Positions 41,897-55,579 of a DNA stretch of 64,000 nucleotides are shown piece after piece. Made by a program: the position numbers and the translations under genes. Under the pieces are notes generated by a model. It did not search any database and had not been told where the DNA came from. It saw nothing but the letters and a program-made list of their open reading frames with translations. Source of the stretch: Okamejei kenojei (lineage: Eukaryota); contig CM069143.1 in NCBI GenBank assembly GCA_035221665.1, positions 41,354,001-41,418,000 on the forward strand. The letters are read 5' to 3'. Each line of letters begins with the position of its first letter. Within the stretch, counting starts at the first letter, position 1.

Positions 41897-43547
41897 CAGT
41901 GCCCTCCAAAGTGTTTGGGACAAAGACCCATCATTTATTTATTTGCTTCTGTACTCCACAATTTGAGATTTGCAATAGAAAAAAAATCACATGTGGTTAA
42001 AGTGCACAGTCAGATTTTAATAAATGCCATTTTTATACATTTTGGTTTCACCATGTAGAAATTACAGCTGTGTTTATACATAGTCCCCCTCTCTTTTCAG
42101 GGCACCATAATGTTTGGGACACATGGCTTCACGGGTGTCTGTAATTGCTCAGGTGTATTTAATTGCCTTCTTAATGCAGGTATAGGAGAGCTCTCAGCAC
42201 CGAGTCTTTCCTCCACTCTTTCCATCACCTTTGGGAACTTGTATTGCTGTTTATCAACATTAGGACCAAAGTTGCACCAATGAAAGTCAAAGAAGCCATT
42301 ATGAGACTGAGTAGCAAGAATAAAACTGGTAGAGACATCAGCTAAATCTGAGGCTAACCAAAACCAACTGTTTGGAACATCATTAAGAAGAAAGGGAGCA
42401 CTGGTGCGCTTACTAATTGCAAAGGGACTGACAGGCCAAGGAAGACCTCCACTACTGATGACTGAAGAATTCTCTCTATAATAAAGAAAAAAAACCAAAC
42501 AATTGTCCGACAGATCAGAAACACCCTTCAGGAGTCAGGTGTGGATTTGTCAATGACCATTGTCCGCAGAAGACTTCATGAACAGAAATACAGAGGCTAC
42601 ACTGCAAGATGCAAACCATTGGTTAGCTGCAAAAATAGGATGGCCAGGTTACAGTTTGCCAAGAAGTACTTAAAAGAACAACCACAGTTCTGGAAAAAGG
42701 TCTTGTGGACAGATGAGGTGAAGAATAACATATCAGAGTGATGGCAAGAGCAAAGTATGGAGAAGGGAAGGAACTGCCCAAGATCCAAAACACACCACCT
42801 CATCTGTGAAATGCAGTTGTGGGGGTGTTATGGCCTGGGCATGTATGGCTGCTGAAGGAACTGGCTCACTTATCTTCATTGATGATACAACTGCTGATGG
42901 TAGTAGCATAATGAATTCTGAAGTGTATAGACACATCCTATCTGCTCAAGTTCAAACAAATGCCTCAAAACTCATTGGCTGGGGTCCATTCTACAGCAAG
43001 ACAATGATCCTAAACATACTGCTAAAGCAACGAAGGAGTTTTGCAAAGCTGAGAAATGGTCAAATCTTGAGTGGCCAAGTCAATCGCCTGATCTGAACCC
43101 AATTGAGCATGCCTTTTATATGCTGAAGAGAAAACTGAAGGGGACTGGCCCCCAAAATAAGCATAAGCTAAAGATGGCTGCAATACATGCCAGGCAGAGC
43201 ATCATCAGAGAAGACAACTGGTGATGTCCATGAATCACAGACTTCATGCAGTCATTGCATGCATAGCATATGCAACAAAATACCAAACATGACTACTTTC
43301 ATTTACATGACATGCTGTGTCCCAAACATCATGGTGCCCTGAAATGGGGGGGGGGGGGGAAACTATGTACGGGGACTGCTGTAATTTCTACATGGTGAAA
43401 CCAAAATGCATAAAAATTGCCTTTATTAAAATGACAATGTGCACTTTAACCACGTATTTTTTTCCTATTGATAATCTCAAATTGTGGAGTACAGAGGCAA
43501 ATAAATAAATGTTGGGTCTTTTTCCCCAAACATTATGGAGTGCACTA
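41897..43547 (+). mobile_element. Second, more decayed Tc1-family transposon
   Basis: TA-flanked TIRs CAGTGCCCTCC...; WTDE and DLNPIE motifs; multiple stops and frameshifts. Confidence 0.93.
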
Positions 43548-44120
43548 TACATACCCTCGAAACGCAAAATGATCTTACAAGTCCACATTTGAACTGCAGT
43601 GGGGAATGGTGCAAGATATAGTCAGTCATGTCATGTCTTTTCACCACTGTACTGCCAATGTACACACCCAAGGATAAAGTACATGTTCTAAATCCTCTAG
43701 TCAACTTGAAATTATGCAAAATATTAGGTGCTAAACGTTAACTGCAAGGGTACACCATTTAAATGCTAAATTATGTAATTTTCTCATTCAAATGAAATGC
43801 TTATTGAATAAAGGCATTTACCTCTAAATTGCTGGAGTAATTTGACTGACAACTTTTTTGACTGACAACTGAAGCACAGCTCACATCACTGCAATATTTA
43901 AATATGTTCAGGATCATATAATTTTGGATTAATGTGTGAAACAGGACAGTCAATCAACGAGCAATCATCCTTTTCTTGCAATTTGCCTAAAGCCTTCTAC
44001 GTCTTGGCAATATGGATAAATGTGAGGTTATTCACTTTGGAGACAATAACGGGAAGAGACGACGTTACATAAAATACATTCCATATAAAAACACCATAAA
44101 ATACATATAAAAGCTTAGTA

Positions 44121-44479
44121 TATCTATAGTCTTATAAAACTCTGATCTTGGATGTTTATGTACTTGCTTGTTCCCTTGTGTGTTTGATTCTCTTTTTCTG
44201 TGATTCACATCTCCTCGAAAACCCTACGCGCTAACCCGACGGTGACATTTTTACATATTCCGGTAGAGATTTACCACATGATCTCGAAAATCGCCTCATC
44301 TGAAAATCTGATGAAATATTTCCCCGAGTTATTTTTTCAAATTCTTCACCAATCTGAGATCTTTATTGAAGTTAACGAGTTGAAGCGCGCCCCACCCCAC
44401 CCACACCGGCCTCTCTTTCACCACCACCCCGGCCTCTCTTCCACCCCCTCGTTGAGGGAACGGGACCCCCTTGTTCTAG
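44121..44479 (+). mobile_element. Non-autonomous Helitron-like element
   Basis: A|TC 5' end, GC-rich subterminal hairpin, CTAG 3' end; homologous to 52014-52391. Confidence 0.7.
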
Positions 44480-45236
44480 CTACTTATAAAAACATCATAA
44501 ATTATATCAAAAAAAAAACAATACATGATTTAAAATCCAGAATAAAAAGAAAGATCAGTGTCCTACAACGAGACAGTCTCTCCACAACTGGGATTTGTAG
44601 CCTGTAGTGCTAAACCTCATGTTTGACAAGGCCACGATAATTACAATTTTAGTCATTTATCCTGCAAATGAATTTATACACATGATTTCTTTGGATAACT
44701 TATAAAGTAAGATAATATAAGACAATATAAAATTATTATCTTGACAGAACTGAGCCATATGCTTGGCAAATAATGAGTTCCTGTCTGAGATATCTGCATT
44801 CATATCCCCAATGACATATACACTAGAATAATTGTTTTGATAAAGGAATACATTAAAGCAAGCCTATTTAAATATTCATCCTCATTCTGATGGCATTCAT
44901 AGGGTGTATGGATAATTTGTTCAGGATAACAAATTCCTTGTTGTTGTGAGAAAAGTGCATTGCAATACACCAGTCAGCATCAAGCCGAACCACATTTTTT
45001 TAATTTGTTCCAGAGAATAACCGCACCCCCTGATATCCTACCTCTGACTATTCCCATGCCAAGGTCAGTTGTAGACTCCCCAGCCCCATGAAAGTTGTCA
45101 TTGAGGATTGAGTTTGTCCAAGTCTTGCTTCGCTAAAAATGTCTCTGCCATACATAGTATGTCACAGTTCTCCAGAAGGTTGTCAACTGTGCATCGAGCT
45201 TTATTCCCTGCGCTCTGGCCCAAACGCAGGCCATGG

Positions 45237-46365
45237 CAGTAGTACAGGTTAGGAAAAGGGGGTGTACAACAAGACCTGGTTGTCTTAGTACACCAGTCAC
45301 TGAAAGTAAGCATACAGCTACAACAGGCAGTGAAGAAAGTTAATGGCATATTGGCCTTCATAGAGTTGAGTATAGGAGCAAAGAGGTCCTTCTGCAGTTG
45401 GACAGAGCCCTGGTGAGACCACACTTGGAGTATTGTGTGCAGTTTTGTCTCCTAATTTGAGGAAGGACATTCTTGCTATTGAGGGAGTACAGCGTAGATT
45501 CAGAGGTTAATTCCCGGGATGTCGCTGCTATCATATGATGAAAGAATGGAGCGACTGGGCCTGCATTCACTGGAATTTAGAAGGATGAGAGGGGATCTTA
45601 TAAAGAGCTGCCAAGTTTTGTCAGAGCATTTCAGTATTCTAGTACCTGAAAATCAGTATTTTTACGCAGTGTTGTTTTGCTGAAAAAAATGTTCTTTTTT
45701 TAAATGTGCGGTCATACCCATGTAAGAGTTCACGAATGCATAACTTGCTACCAATTGACATGTCTTCTACTCACCTTACTCGACAGTGCATTTATTGCCA
45801 TCTCTTTGTATACTGCTGTTTGAACGGCTGTTGCTTTTAGCATCAGATGATGATGTAGAAGCCATTTTGGAAGCCTCCCTCCCTCCCCTCACGGTCTGTG
45901 AACCATAGCGCCGTGGCCAGAGCACCATGGGTAAAGCCCATAGTGCTATGTGTAAAGGCAATAGCGCTCCAGCTGGGAGCGCTATTTTTAGAACCCATAG
46001 CGCTGTTCTTTGAAATTCCCAAGCATTAAACTGACAGCACTGTGGGCCAGGCAGATCAAAGCTTCCAGATCTTGAAATTTAAAATACTAATAGATTTAAT
46101 CTGCTATAATTTTTAGAGATACAGTATGATGTTTTATATCCTTGCATTTTTTGAAGCAGCAAGATGAAACAGGAAGGCAGTGGAGGCCAATTCACTGGAT
46201 GTATTTAAAAGCAAGTTAGAGCTCTGTGGGCTAGCAGAATCAAGGGGTGTGGGGAGAAGGCAGGAACGGAGTACTGAATGTGGATGATCAGCTATGATCA
46301 TATTGAATGGGGGTGCTGGCTCCAAGGGCCGAATGACCTACTCCTGCACCTATTGTCTATGTATC
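45237..46365 (+). mobile_element. CR1 LINE fragment interrupted by a family A transposon
   Basis: LVRPHLEYCVQF-type sequence and CR1 3' UTR. Confidence 0.8.
45603..46174. mobile_element. Family A copy, right end deleted, inserted in a CR1 LINE
   Basis: Left TIR and internal homology; CR1 sequence on both flanks. Confidence 0.8.
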
Positions 46366-47791
46366 TGTATTCAAATGCTTTCTAGACACAAACTGTCAGC
46401 GACTGTTCTCATTGCTCTTAGCAAATGTATTCCAAGTGGGTACTATTCTCTGGGTGGATAGGTCCCTTCAAAGCTTTTCCCCTTACTCTAAATCTGGCAG
46501 GTTTTAGCTAAATCTAAAATGGGAAGGTTTCCTGAAATCTATCGCATTTATAATCCTGGAATCTATACACCTGTCACATCCCTTCTTTAACCTCCTCTGC
46601 TCCAGGGAAAGCAGACCTAGCTACTCCAGTGTTTCCACACATATTTTATCCCAAATAGCCCAGGATTCCTCCATTGCATCATCTCTTGCTGTGTCATTTT
46701 GTTTTAGTACGGTGACCAAACCTCAACATAGGCCTGACCAATGCCATATAATTTTGGAGCAAAACATTCCTGCTCTGGGTACTCATTGCCCTGACGAATG
46801 GAAGTCATTATTCTATATGCCTCCTCAACAACCTGTACTGACACCTTTACGGATCTTCGGACGAGACACTAATGCAAAGGATCTGCAGGCTTTTTCAGAC
46901 TCAATGACATGCTAACATTTATCTTGCCACAGAGCAGATGCACTTTCAGCATGAGAAATATTGCACAGAACATCTTTTGCATTTACATCACATTTCCAGA
47001 AACCGCAGTATTTGCTTTGGGTATTTTGCATGTTAACATCATCCAAATCTCTCGAAAACACACACTTCAGTTCACCTTTGTACACAAGGTGAGGATTTGT
47101 TTTCAGAATTGTGAGCTGCAATTCCCGCAACATTAGTTTATTGACACTGCCACATAAAATTTAGAACGGAAAAAATGCAAGTAGTTCAAACCATTCCACT
47201 ATATTAATGAAATAAGATTAATTTCCTTATCTTCTTATAGCATGGGTCATTTCAGCCCATCGAGTTATGACAGATCACAAACACAATTCCCCACCAAATT
47301 TCCTTGCAAGCCTATTTGTTCTACTCTCCCCATGTGGCACCAGTCACACACTAACCAGGGCCAATTTAGCAGCCTCTCAACCCACACAATTTGCAATATG
47401 GGAAGAAATTGGAACACCCATGTAAAACCCAAACGGTCAGACCCCACCAGCAACAGGAATGTCACCCCAGAGAATTAAATATATTCCTTCTGGCCACCTC
47501 GATGCCTATTCACTTGCATACTTACGGTATATGGAATTCATTGGTTCAGTTTAGTTTAGAGCTACAGCGTGGAAACAAGCCCATCAGCCCACCAAGAGCA
47601 ATGAAACGGGCCCATACCAAGTTAAATAAGTGTGGAAGGAAACCAAAGATCTAGAAAGAAGCCATTTATTTTAAAATGACCAGGCGTGTTACAATAATCA
47701 GACTGTACAGTTAAATGTACCATGGGCTCAAAACCAACACAGCACATCTTGAAGGACAAGTTAATTCCAAAACGTTGCATTTAAATTCAGT

Positions 47792-47797
47792 TTTATT
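47792..47797 (-). promoter_or_regulatory. Candidate DKC1 polyadenylation signal
   Basis: AATAAA on the minus strand about 830 nt after the stop; another at 47665-47670. Confidence 0.45.
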
Positions 47798-48628
47798 ACA
47801 GTGTTCATAATACAGTAACCTAGATCCCCAATAGAAAAATAGTTAAAATATTTACATTGGTAGTACTTTGCAAATTCATCCCATTATAGGCAACTCATTC
47901 CCGAAGTCTCCATGGTGTCTTTTCTAACTTATTTGGTGAACTGAGCCCTAGGAGGTAGTAGCCTGTTACATTTTCCAATGGATTTAGACCTCACATAAAC
48001 CAAATGCCAATAAATGAACATCACTGGACAGTTAAAAACAAATATACCCCAATAGATTTTTTTCAGGCGAGGGGGAACGACCAGGATGGAGGAAGAGAGA
48101 ACAAAGGAGAAGCTGTTGGGGGGGAAAGGAGAGGGAAAGGAGAGAAAAAGAGAGAAAAAAGAGAGAGAGAGAGAGAGACAAAGGAGAGCCCGGTACTTAC
48201 TTCATTCATAAGCAAAGGGAATGGAACAATAGATAATACTCCTGACCAAGAGGGGATGTTGGCTATTCCTTGGGGGGGGGGGGGGGGGGGGGGGGGGGAA
48301 AGAAATCAGTTAATCTCTCCTATCCTCAAATATTCTTTCCACAAAATAACACACCATTCTAACAGAGGTAACCATGAACACACTGCACATAAGTGCATCC
48401 ACAAATCTTCGACTGTTATCCTTAAAACAGGATATTAAACCAAAGGAGGCAAAAGTCTAGTTACATACAAAATTGCAAAGTTTGAGTATGAAAGCCATTC
48501 AAACAGCAAAACTTTTAACATTTCTAATTGCCGTGATAGCAATTAGAGCAGTACTTGTTCTTCGGATTCAGCCCTGCAGAAGCTGCCTTCTCGCCATTGA
48601 TTCAGAAACCCAGATGCAACGCACCTCC

Positions 48629-48694
48629 TTACTCGCACTTTTCCGCTTTTTCCTTTTCCTTTTTCTTTTTCTTCTTTTTTGAGCTTTCGGTCTC
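48629..48694 (-). CDS. DKC1: Dyskerin last coding exon (ETESSKKKKKKKEKEKAEKCE*)
   Basis: ctacag acceptor, poly-Lys tail, TAA stop. Confidence 0.9.
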   Translation of the reverse strand, partial: ETESSKKKKKKKEKEKAEKCE

Positions 48695-49389
48695 CTGTAG
48701 GCAATAATTCCCATTTAACAAATTAACAGTTACAGGGCAAATGCCTATTTGGCTTAAGATTTCACATTGCATTACACATTAAATTTCAAGAACCTCAAGT
48801 CAGCAGTATAAATATCCTCAAGCATATAAATATCCACAATTTACACAGAAGGCAACAATTATTATGTTCAATTACAAAACTATGTTTTCTACCTTCCATA
48901 AAACCAATAAATTGCCACAAAGAATTACTTCACAGAAGGCAGCCATTGGTCTAAACAAATTCTATTTCCCCACACATTCCTATAAAAACCCAGCAATTTT
49001 CAAAACATTTATCATACCAATTTTCCCTTTCAAATCAAAGTGACTACTACCCACCACTTTTTAAAACTTTCCCTCCTCAAACAACCCAATCTGGTACTTT
49101 AACTCTCAACTACAGGAATAATCTCTCTCTGGTCATCTCAGCAGTAACTACTTTAGACATCAAATCTCAAACTGCTCTTCCACCCCCAAGAACCACCCCA
49201 GCGTCTTGTCTATCTTTAGCACCAGCTGTCGTCCTCCAAAATACATTGCAATATCCCACCCCTGAAATATCCTTGGAATACAAACTATCACATGATGGCA
49301 TTTTAACTACTGCAGTTTGTTCTTCAGAATTGATTAAGTATCTTGTTACTTGACAGCAAGAAAAGGCTGCTGTTCTGCAATAATCTAAT

Positions 49390-50072
49390 CAGAGCTGCCA
49401 ACTTTTGTCGGAGCATTTCAGTATTCTCGTTCCTGAAAATCAGTATTTTTACACTGTGCCATTTTGCTGATTTTTTTTTTATATATGTGCAGTCATACCC
49501 ATGTAGTAGTACAAGAATGCATAACTTTGCTACCAATTGACATGTCTTCTACGCACCTTACTCGACAGTGCATTCATTGCCATCTCTTTGGATACTTCTG
49601 TTTGAATGGCTGCTTCCTGCTTTTAGCACCAGATGACGTAAAAGCCATTTTGCAAGCCTTCCTCTCCCTCCCCCACTTTCACCCTCCTTCCTTTTTTTCT
49701 CTCTCCCTCCCACCTCCCGAACAGTCTGTGACCCATTGTGCTATGTGTAAAGGCAATACCGCTCTAGCTGGTAGCACTATTCATTTAAATTCCCACGAGC
49801 TGTTTAAACCTGTAGTGGAGATGGGCAAATCAAAGCTTACAAAAATAATCATCCAGATCTTGAAAATTTAAAATACTAATAGATTTAATCTGCTATAATT
49901 TTGAGAGTTACAGTATGACTTTTTATATCCTTGCATTTTTAAGTAGCAAGATGAAACAGGAAGTCGGGCCGATTTTTAAAAAATCCGTATTTTACAAAGC
50001 AAATCCGTACATCCGTATTCTTATCACATTTTTGCACAAAATACGGAAAATCCGTACTACTTGGCAGCTCTG
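49390..50072. mobile_element. Non-autonomous DNA transposon, family A, complete copy
   Basis: 12-bp TIR CAGAGCTGCCAA; homologous to 45603-46174 and 59313-59937. Confidence 0.85.
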
Positions 50073-50112
50073 TATAATACTTCTAGGATTAGCAACTTTT
50101 AATGGCACTTAC

Positions 50113-50232
50113 TCCAGTACTAGACTTTCCCATTTCCATCTCTTTTTTCTTTTTCTTTTCTTTCTTGCTGGCTTCTGGACTGGATTCTTGTGCGACTGGT
50201 GTAGACATTGGCTCAGGACTTTCAATTGTCAC
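50113..50232 (-). CDS. DKC1: Additional Lys-rich dyskerin exon (VTIESPEPMSTPVAQESSPEASKKEKKKKKEMEMGKSSTG)
   Basis: 120 nt, tttgcatag acceptor, gtaagt donor, phase 0/0, open frame. Confidence 0.8.
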
Positions 50233-51368
50233 CTATGCAAAGGAAAGATCCACTGACAATCTTAAAACAAAGTGTCATCTTAGCAATGTCTTTATTAGTG
50301 ACGTCTTGAGCATTCCTCACCATTCAATGAGATCAGAACTATTCTACAACCTACCACCGCTGCCCCCCCCCCCATCCATCTCTACGCTGTGGTGAAACAT
50401 CCACAATCTGAGATTGAAAATACATTGATTTGCACAGGTTACTTGTCTAAATTGATCCATCTTTATTTCCTTCAATAAACGTTCCTTAAATCACAAACAA
50501 TCCAAATCCCAGGAAACACAAATTTACAAGATCTTATACAACCAACACATGTGTTGACAGTGAAACCTCTCAACATTTAGTGCTTGCTCTTGTCAACATC
50601 ACTTCCAAAGCAAATAATCCACCTTTAGCCAAAGAAAACAAAAATGCTTCAAGTGCATGGTCTCATTGAAGGCCAATGCACTCTCAGCAACATTAACTTG
50701 ATTTGATACCACCCCTTCTAAATGTCATACTATAAAATTGTTTACTCTCCGCATGTCTGCAGCAGTTCTTTCCACACATCGACATTTCAAAATGCCCAAC
50801 CATGCGTTTCTCCTACCATATGTCCATCTATCAGCTTCTTGCCACATTTACCCGGACCACATTTCTCCAGATTTTATATCCTCACTGCTCACTCCCTCCT
50901 AGGATATTGTATCACTAAATTTAGATACATCTTTCAAAGTTATTCATGCAAAATGTGGAGGAATCAATACAGATTTATTGAGTATTGGGGTGAAATATAC
51001 CAACTTTTCCAAAAATATAGTCTAAAATACATCGACATGTTCACCACTTGACTTCACGCAAACCACAATGTGTCAAATCCTTTCCCACCCCCACACAGAT
51101 ACAGAATGCAGATTAAGCCCTAGACTGGTACATTAACTCAGAAGAAACAAGAGGACAAATTCAGACAAAGTCAGCACAGTTTATTTTATCTAAAGACCAC
51201 TAAAGATTTTCTAGCTTTATCTAGCAATCAAATCGGGTCATGACACAAAAAGCTGGAGTAACTCAGCAGGACAGGCAGCATCTCTGGAGAGAAGGAATGG
51301 GTGACTTTTCAGGTCCCTTCTCCAGACTGGTTAGGGAGTAATTTCCATTTTGCAACATAGACACTCAC

Positions 51369-51506
51369 CGGTGTTTCCTGTAATAACTTTTGCTTCTTTT
51401 CTTTCTTCTTTTTCTTTTTCTCTTTCTTAGTTAGCTCTGGCTGGGATGTTACCGTTGCAGGGGTGGATGGTACCACAGACTCATCACTCTCGCTTTCTCT
51501 CTTTCT
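51369..51506 (-). CDS. DKC1: Dyskerin exon 14 (RKRESESDE...KKEKKKKKKEKKQK...)
   Basis: 138 nt, RKRESES motif, Lys-rich NLS. Confidence 0.93.
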
Positions 51507-52013
51507 CTGAAGAATACGTAATAACAGCGTAGAGTTAGCATTAAAACACCACAATTCCTTACAAAAAACCCCAATGTACACATTTTACACACTTGTGTTC
51601 AGAACAGCACAACATAAAAACAGCAATGCATCTGTTTCCTCAGTTCCTGCAAGTAGTTTTCCCTGTGAATGCATTGGTTTCCCCCCAAATCCCATGGTTA
51701 TGTTTCTGGGGGAAGTTGATGGAAATAAAATAGTATTGGTGTAAATGAGTGATTGAGTGGACCTAAAGCCCTGTACCCACTTTACTTGACAAGAGTAACC
51801 AGACGCCTCATAGGAGCACTGCTTTCAAAAGATAGATTAATGCCAATGAGTTTACAAGTACAAATGCTCTATCATTGGAGAGCAACCAAGAGTCTACCAC
51901 CCCCAACAATGTGAATAACCTAATGTGAATGTTCAGGAACACATTACATAATGCATCCAGCATTGGTATAAGCAGCCATGCAAGAACCGACTAGACATCA
52001 ATATACCACGACA

Positions 52014-52391
52014 TCAATATACATAAAACTCTGATCTTGGATATTACGTGTGTATTTGTGTGTTTTTCTGTGATTCACATCTCCTCGAAAACACGACGCA
52101 CCAACGGTAACATTTTTACACATTCCGATATTTACCTCATGACCTCGAAAATAGTCTCACCTGAAAATTTGATTCATTATTTCTTGAGTTCTTTTATTTA
52201 AATTGTTCACAAATATGAGATCTTTTTGAGGCAAACGAGCTGATGACGTCACAATGGCTCTGCTCGTCGCGGCCAGCTGTGCAGTTTTCAACAAGCAGCC
52301 TGCTGCGCACTGTTTTTTGCAAGAGCTGCGAGTTACGTTAACCCCCGCAACCACGTGTTGAGGGGACGGGACCCAACGCCCCCCCGTCTAG
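52014..52391 (+). mobile_element. Non-autonomous Helitron-like element
   Basis: A|TC...CCCGTCTAG|T, no TSD. Confidence 0.75.
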
Positions 52392-53039
52392 TTTCTTATA
52401 AATCCCTTAACTACCTGTACACCCACACCAGTCAAATAATCATTATGTTTGAAGCAAGGTCTCGACCTGAAACGTCGCCCATTTCCTTCACTCCATCGAT
52501 GCCGCCTCACCCGCTGAGTTTCTCCAGTTTTTTTGTCTACGAATGATATGTCAACATCTTTTGCCTTTCTAGATTTACTTTGCATCTATCTTGCTCTGAT
52601 TGTTGAACGAGGAAATTGATAATGACACAAATTCAACATCCGCAGAACAAAGGTGAACACAATGCGTCTCAAAATGGTGTCTAACTATAATTTTCGGACA
52701 CGGTGATGCAGCAGTTGAGCTGCTGCCTTAGAGTGCCAGAGACGCGAGTCGATCCAGACTATGGGTGCTGTCTGTAGAGTTTATACTGCATGGATTTTCT
52801 CCGGGAGGTCCGGTTTCCTCCAACACTCCAAAGACGTACAGGTTTGTAGATTAACTGGCTTTGGTAAAATTGTAAATGGTCCCGAGTGTTGGCGTGCAGG
52901 GATTGCTGGTCGGCACCGACTCGGCGGTGTATCTCTAAACTAAACTTCCCGTGCTATATCTCTAAACTAAACAATTAAATTGGAATTAGTGACTGAAATA
53001 TTGCTATTGCTAAAGTTAACTCCAACCCCTCATATTTAC

Positions 53040-53088
53040 CTTCACTGCTTGGATTTGTGCTGCATTGCGAGGTCCTACATTTCCAGGA
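53040..53088 (-). CDS. DKC1: Dyskerin exon 13 (PGNVGPRNAAQIQAVK)
   Basis: ctttcttcctag acceptor, AAG|gtaaat donor; 49 nt joins phase 2 to phase 0. Confidence 0.8.
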
Positions 53089-53243
53089 CTAGGAAGAAAG
53101 CAAATTGAAAAAAACAATCAGTGCAGATATGAAAGAGATGTTTGAAAGAAAATAGTTGCCGTACCAAACACATTCCAAATGGGCAGCTTTCCAATGCTCA
53201 GTGGCAGACGAAAGAGAAATAAGTACTACCACCACAAGACTTC

Positions 53244-53369
53244 GTATGTTAGGAAATGCTGAAGCCGACAGCCCCACAATGGACTGCAGAAATCTTGCAA
53301 TTCCAATTCCTTTTGCAGACTGACTCCCTCTGAAGCCACACCAGGCTGGAAAGGGATAACTGTCTGCTG
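53244..53369 (-). ncRNA. SNORA56: Box H/ACA snoRNA SNORA56 (DKC1 intron 12)
   Basis: GCAGACAGTTATCCCTTTC...GAGGGAGTCAGTCTGC hairpin, H box AAAGGA, terminal ACA; same intron as in human. Confidence 0.9.
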
Positions 53370-53649
53370 GTTCTCAGCTTTAAAAGACCATTCTTGCACA
53401 AACTGAAGCAAGTTATCAATTCTCATTACACTGGAGTAATTTCAACACGGCACTGTCATCAAGTGGGGCCAGGTGTACATTAGGAGATCTTAACATAAAC
53501 ATTGCACCCAGCAGCTTCAAGTACAAAACCTGTCGGTGCACACGATTACAGTGCACCACACAGTGGTTCAGCTGCAATATTGCTCATAATGAAGTGGTGA
53601 TACAAGTGCACCACCAAGTGGCAAAAATCACAACTGAGGAAATTCTTAC

Positions 53650-53753
53650 GTGTAATCCACATAGTCCTTTTTCCATGTTTCGGGAGTACTCCCATTTGGT
53701 CTGCCATGTTTGTCTAGCAAGCCCTTCTGGATCATCATTTTCTTTTGACTTGC
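53650..53753 (-). CDS. DKC1: Dyskerin exon 12 ([34 protein letters not shown])
   Basis: 104 nt, AG/GT boundaries. Confidence 0.96.
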
Positions 53754-53810
53754 CTTTCAAGTTAAAGAAAAAACATTGGTTACTGATCTGAATCTCCAGA
53801 TGATCTACAG

Positions 53811-55189
53811 CAGCGTCTCTCAACCTTTTTACCCTTGCAGAACCCTTGAAATAATGTTCATGTCTCATGGAACCCCCAGGTTTGTGGTTGCCGGGCCCGC
53901 CACCATTTTGAGACCGCTATTTTGACTCTCGTCAATACGGGGACCCAGCAGTTGGGAGAGGAGTGCCGGGCCGGGATTGCCATTTTAACATCCAGCGTTG
54001 TGTATAGGGCGAGTGCTACTAGAGGGAATATTGCATTGGGGAGGGGGACGCAATGGGTCCACACTTGGTTTAGTTTAAGGGTGGCAAACTCATTTTAGGT
54101 CACGGGCCGGATTGGGCAAAATCTGACTTCATGCGGGCCGGATCAGTTGTGCACACGCACTCGCTCGCTCCCACAGCTTTCGTTGCCTTCGTTTTTTCCA
54201 ACCTGCTCTCATATGTCTCAGTCTCTGCTATAAGTACAAAGTGTTTCACTTTACGAATTTTGTTTAAGAAGATTGCCTAGCAAGCATTACTTTTGATTTG
54301 TATTAACTAATGGTCATTAACTACAAGAAAGTTGTGATGAGAGAAAAAAAAACGCTGCTACTTTGGCAAAGGTTGTTTTGGGAGCCGCACTCTTTCCAAT
54401 AACAAACCATTTGAAATCGAACATTAGCACATTCAAATTAAGACCCAACAAAACAAATTGCTGTTTTGTTAGGTCTACTTCTCCACCACCATTTTAGCGC
54501 TGGCATGCAAGTGAGACTCCGGTTTGTGACCTCCCAGTCAGTGCGGGTTTCTGGGACGATCGGGAGACTGGGAAGGGCCTAGAACAGACGCTTTGCAGTT
54601 GGCTGAGCTCTCTCCTCCGCCATGCTGCTCCACACAGTATAAAGAGAAAACTATCTACCGGGCAGCCCGCACCGTTACAATGTTTTTTTTCCTCACAGCA
54701 TTCGAACCCAGCACCCAGCCGCACCGCGCAACCTAACCCCACTCAGTGCCCCCCCCCCCCCACAGCTGACTGCCCAGAGGACGTCCCTCTTATCGGGCCA
54801 CCATGGTGTCAGTCACGCGAGATGACAGGCTGCCCGTTTGTCTGGCTCTCACCGCATTCAGACCCCCTTCCCCCCTGCGGCTCGATTGGTGGGGTCAGGT
54901 AAGAGTCAAAGAGTCGTCACAATGCTGGTAGCGCGCAGCCGTGGCCTCACACGCCATATACGGAGCGTGTGGCTGATCAGGAGGGTGGGTCATGCACACG
55001 AGCAGCGGCTCAGGGGGAGCCTGGCACCAAGGCCAGCTGCAGCCCACTCTGGCATTGGGGAAATCATCCCGTGGGCCGGATTGGCCGCAACAGGCCCGCG
55101 GGCTGGTAGTTTGACACCCCTGGTCTAGTTTTTTCTCAGAACCCCTAGCGAACTCTAGCGTTCCAGAGAACCCCAGTTGAGAAACACCA
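53811..55189. mobile_element. hAT non-autonomous element (outer)
   Basis: TIR CAGCGTCTCTCAAC / GTTGAGAAACACCA; 8-bp TSD ATCTACAG. Confidence 0.85.
54076..55122. mobile_element. hAT non-autonomous element nested in the outer hAT
   Basis: TIR AGTTTGACACCCCTG; 8-bp TSD GT(T/C)TAGTT. Confidence 0.8.
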
Positions 55190-55579
55190 ATCTACAGAGA
55201 ACACCATTTTCCGCCTTATAAAACACCTAGGTTTCAAGTAAATTACATGCAGCAAAACTACAATAATCAGCTCTGGAACTATTCTGAAATCCGGACTGTG
55301 CAGCATCTAGATTGCCAAGTAGTGGGTTTTCTCTAGTTTCTAGGGCCCTGGATCCCACGCTTCCTTTTATTCACTGTTGTCAATTTGTAAAAGCTCTCCC
55401 ATTTCCATCTTTTGCCATTTTGTATCTTTCAGGTTTAACGGCAAATAGTCAATTAGAAAGCTTGGACTGCTGCAGTGCAGAGAACCGTTCCTATCACCTT
55501 CTGATGTGCAATTCTGGTTAGCCATTAGCCAGCAACATCACAAAAATAAAGGCCTGACATAAAATGCATTATCCAAGTA

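Noticed and set aside
50547-50650. Hairpin followed by ACA in DKC1 intron 14
   Set aside because: No canonical H box and the ACA overlaps the stem
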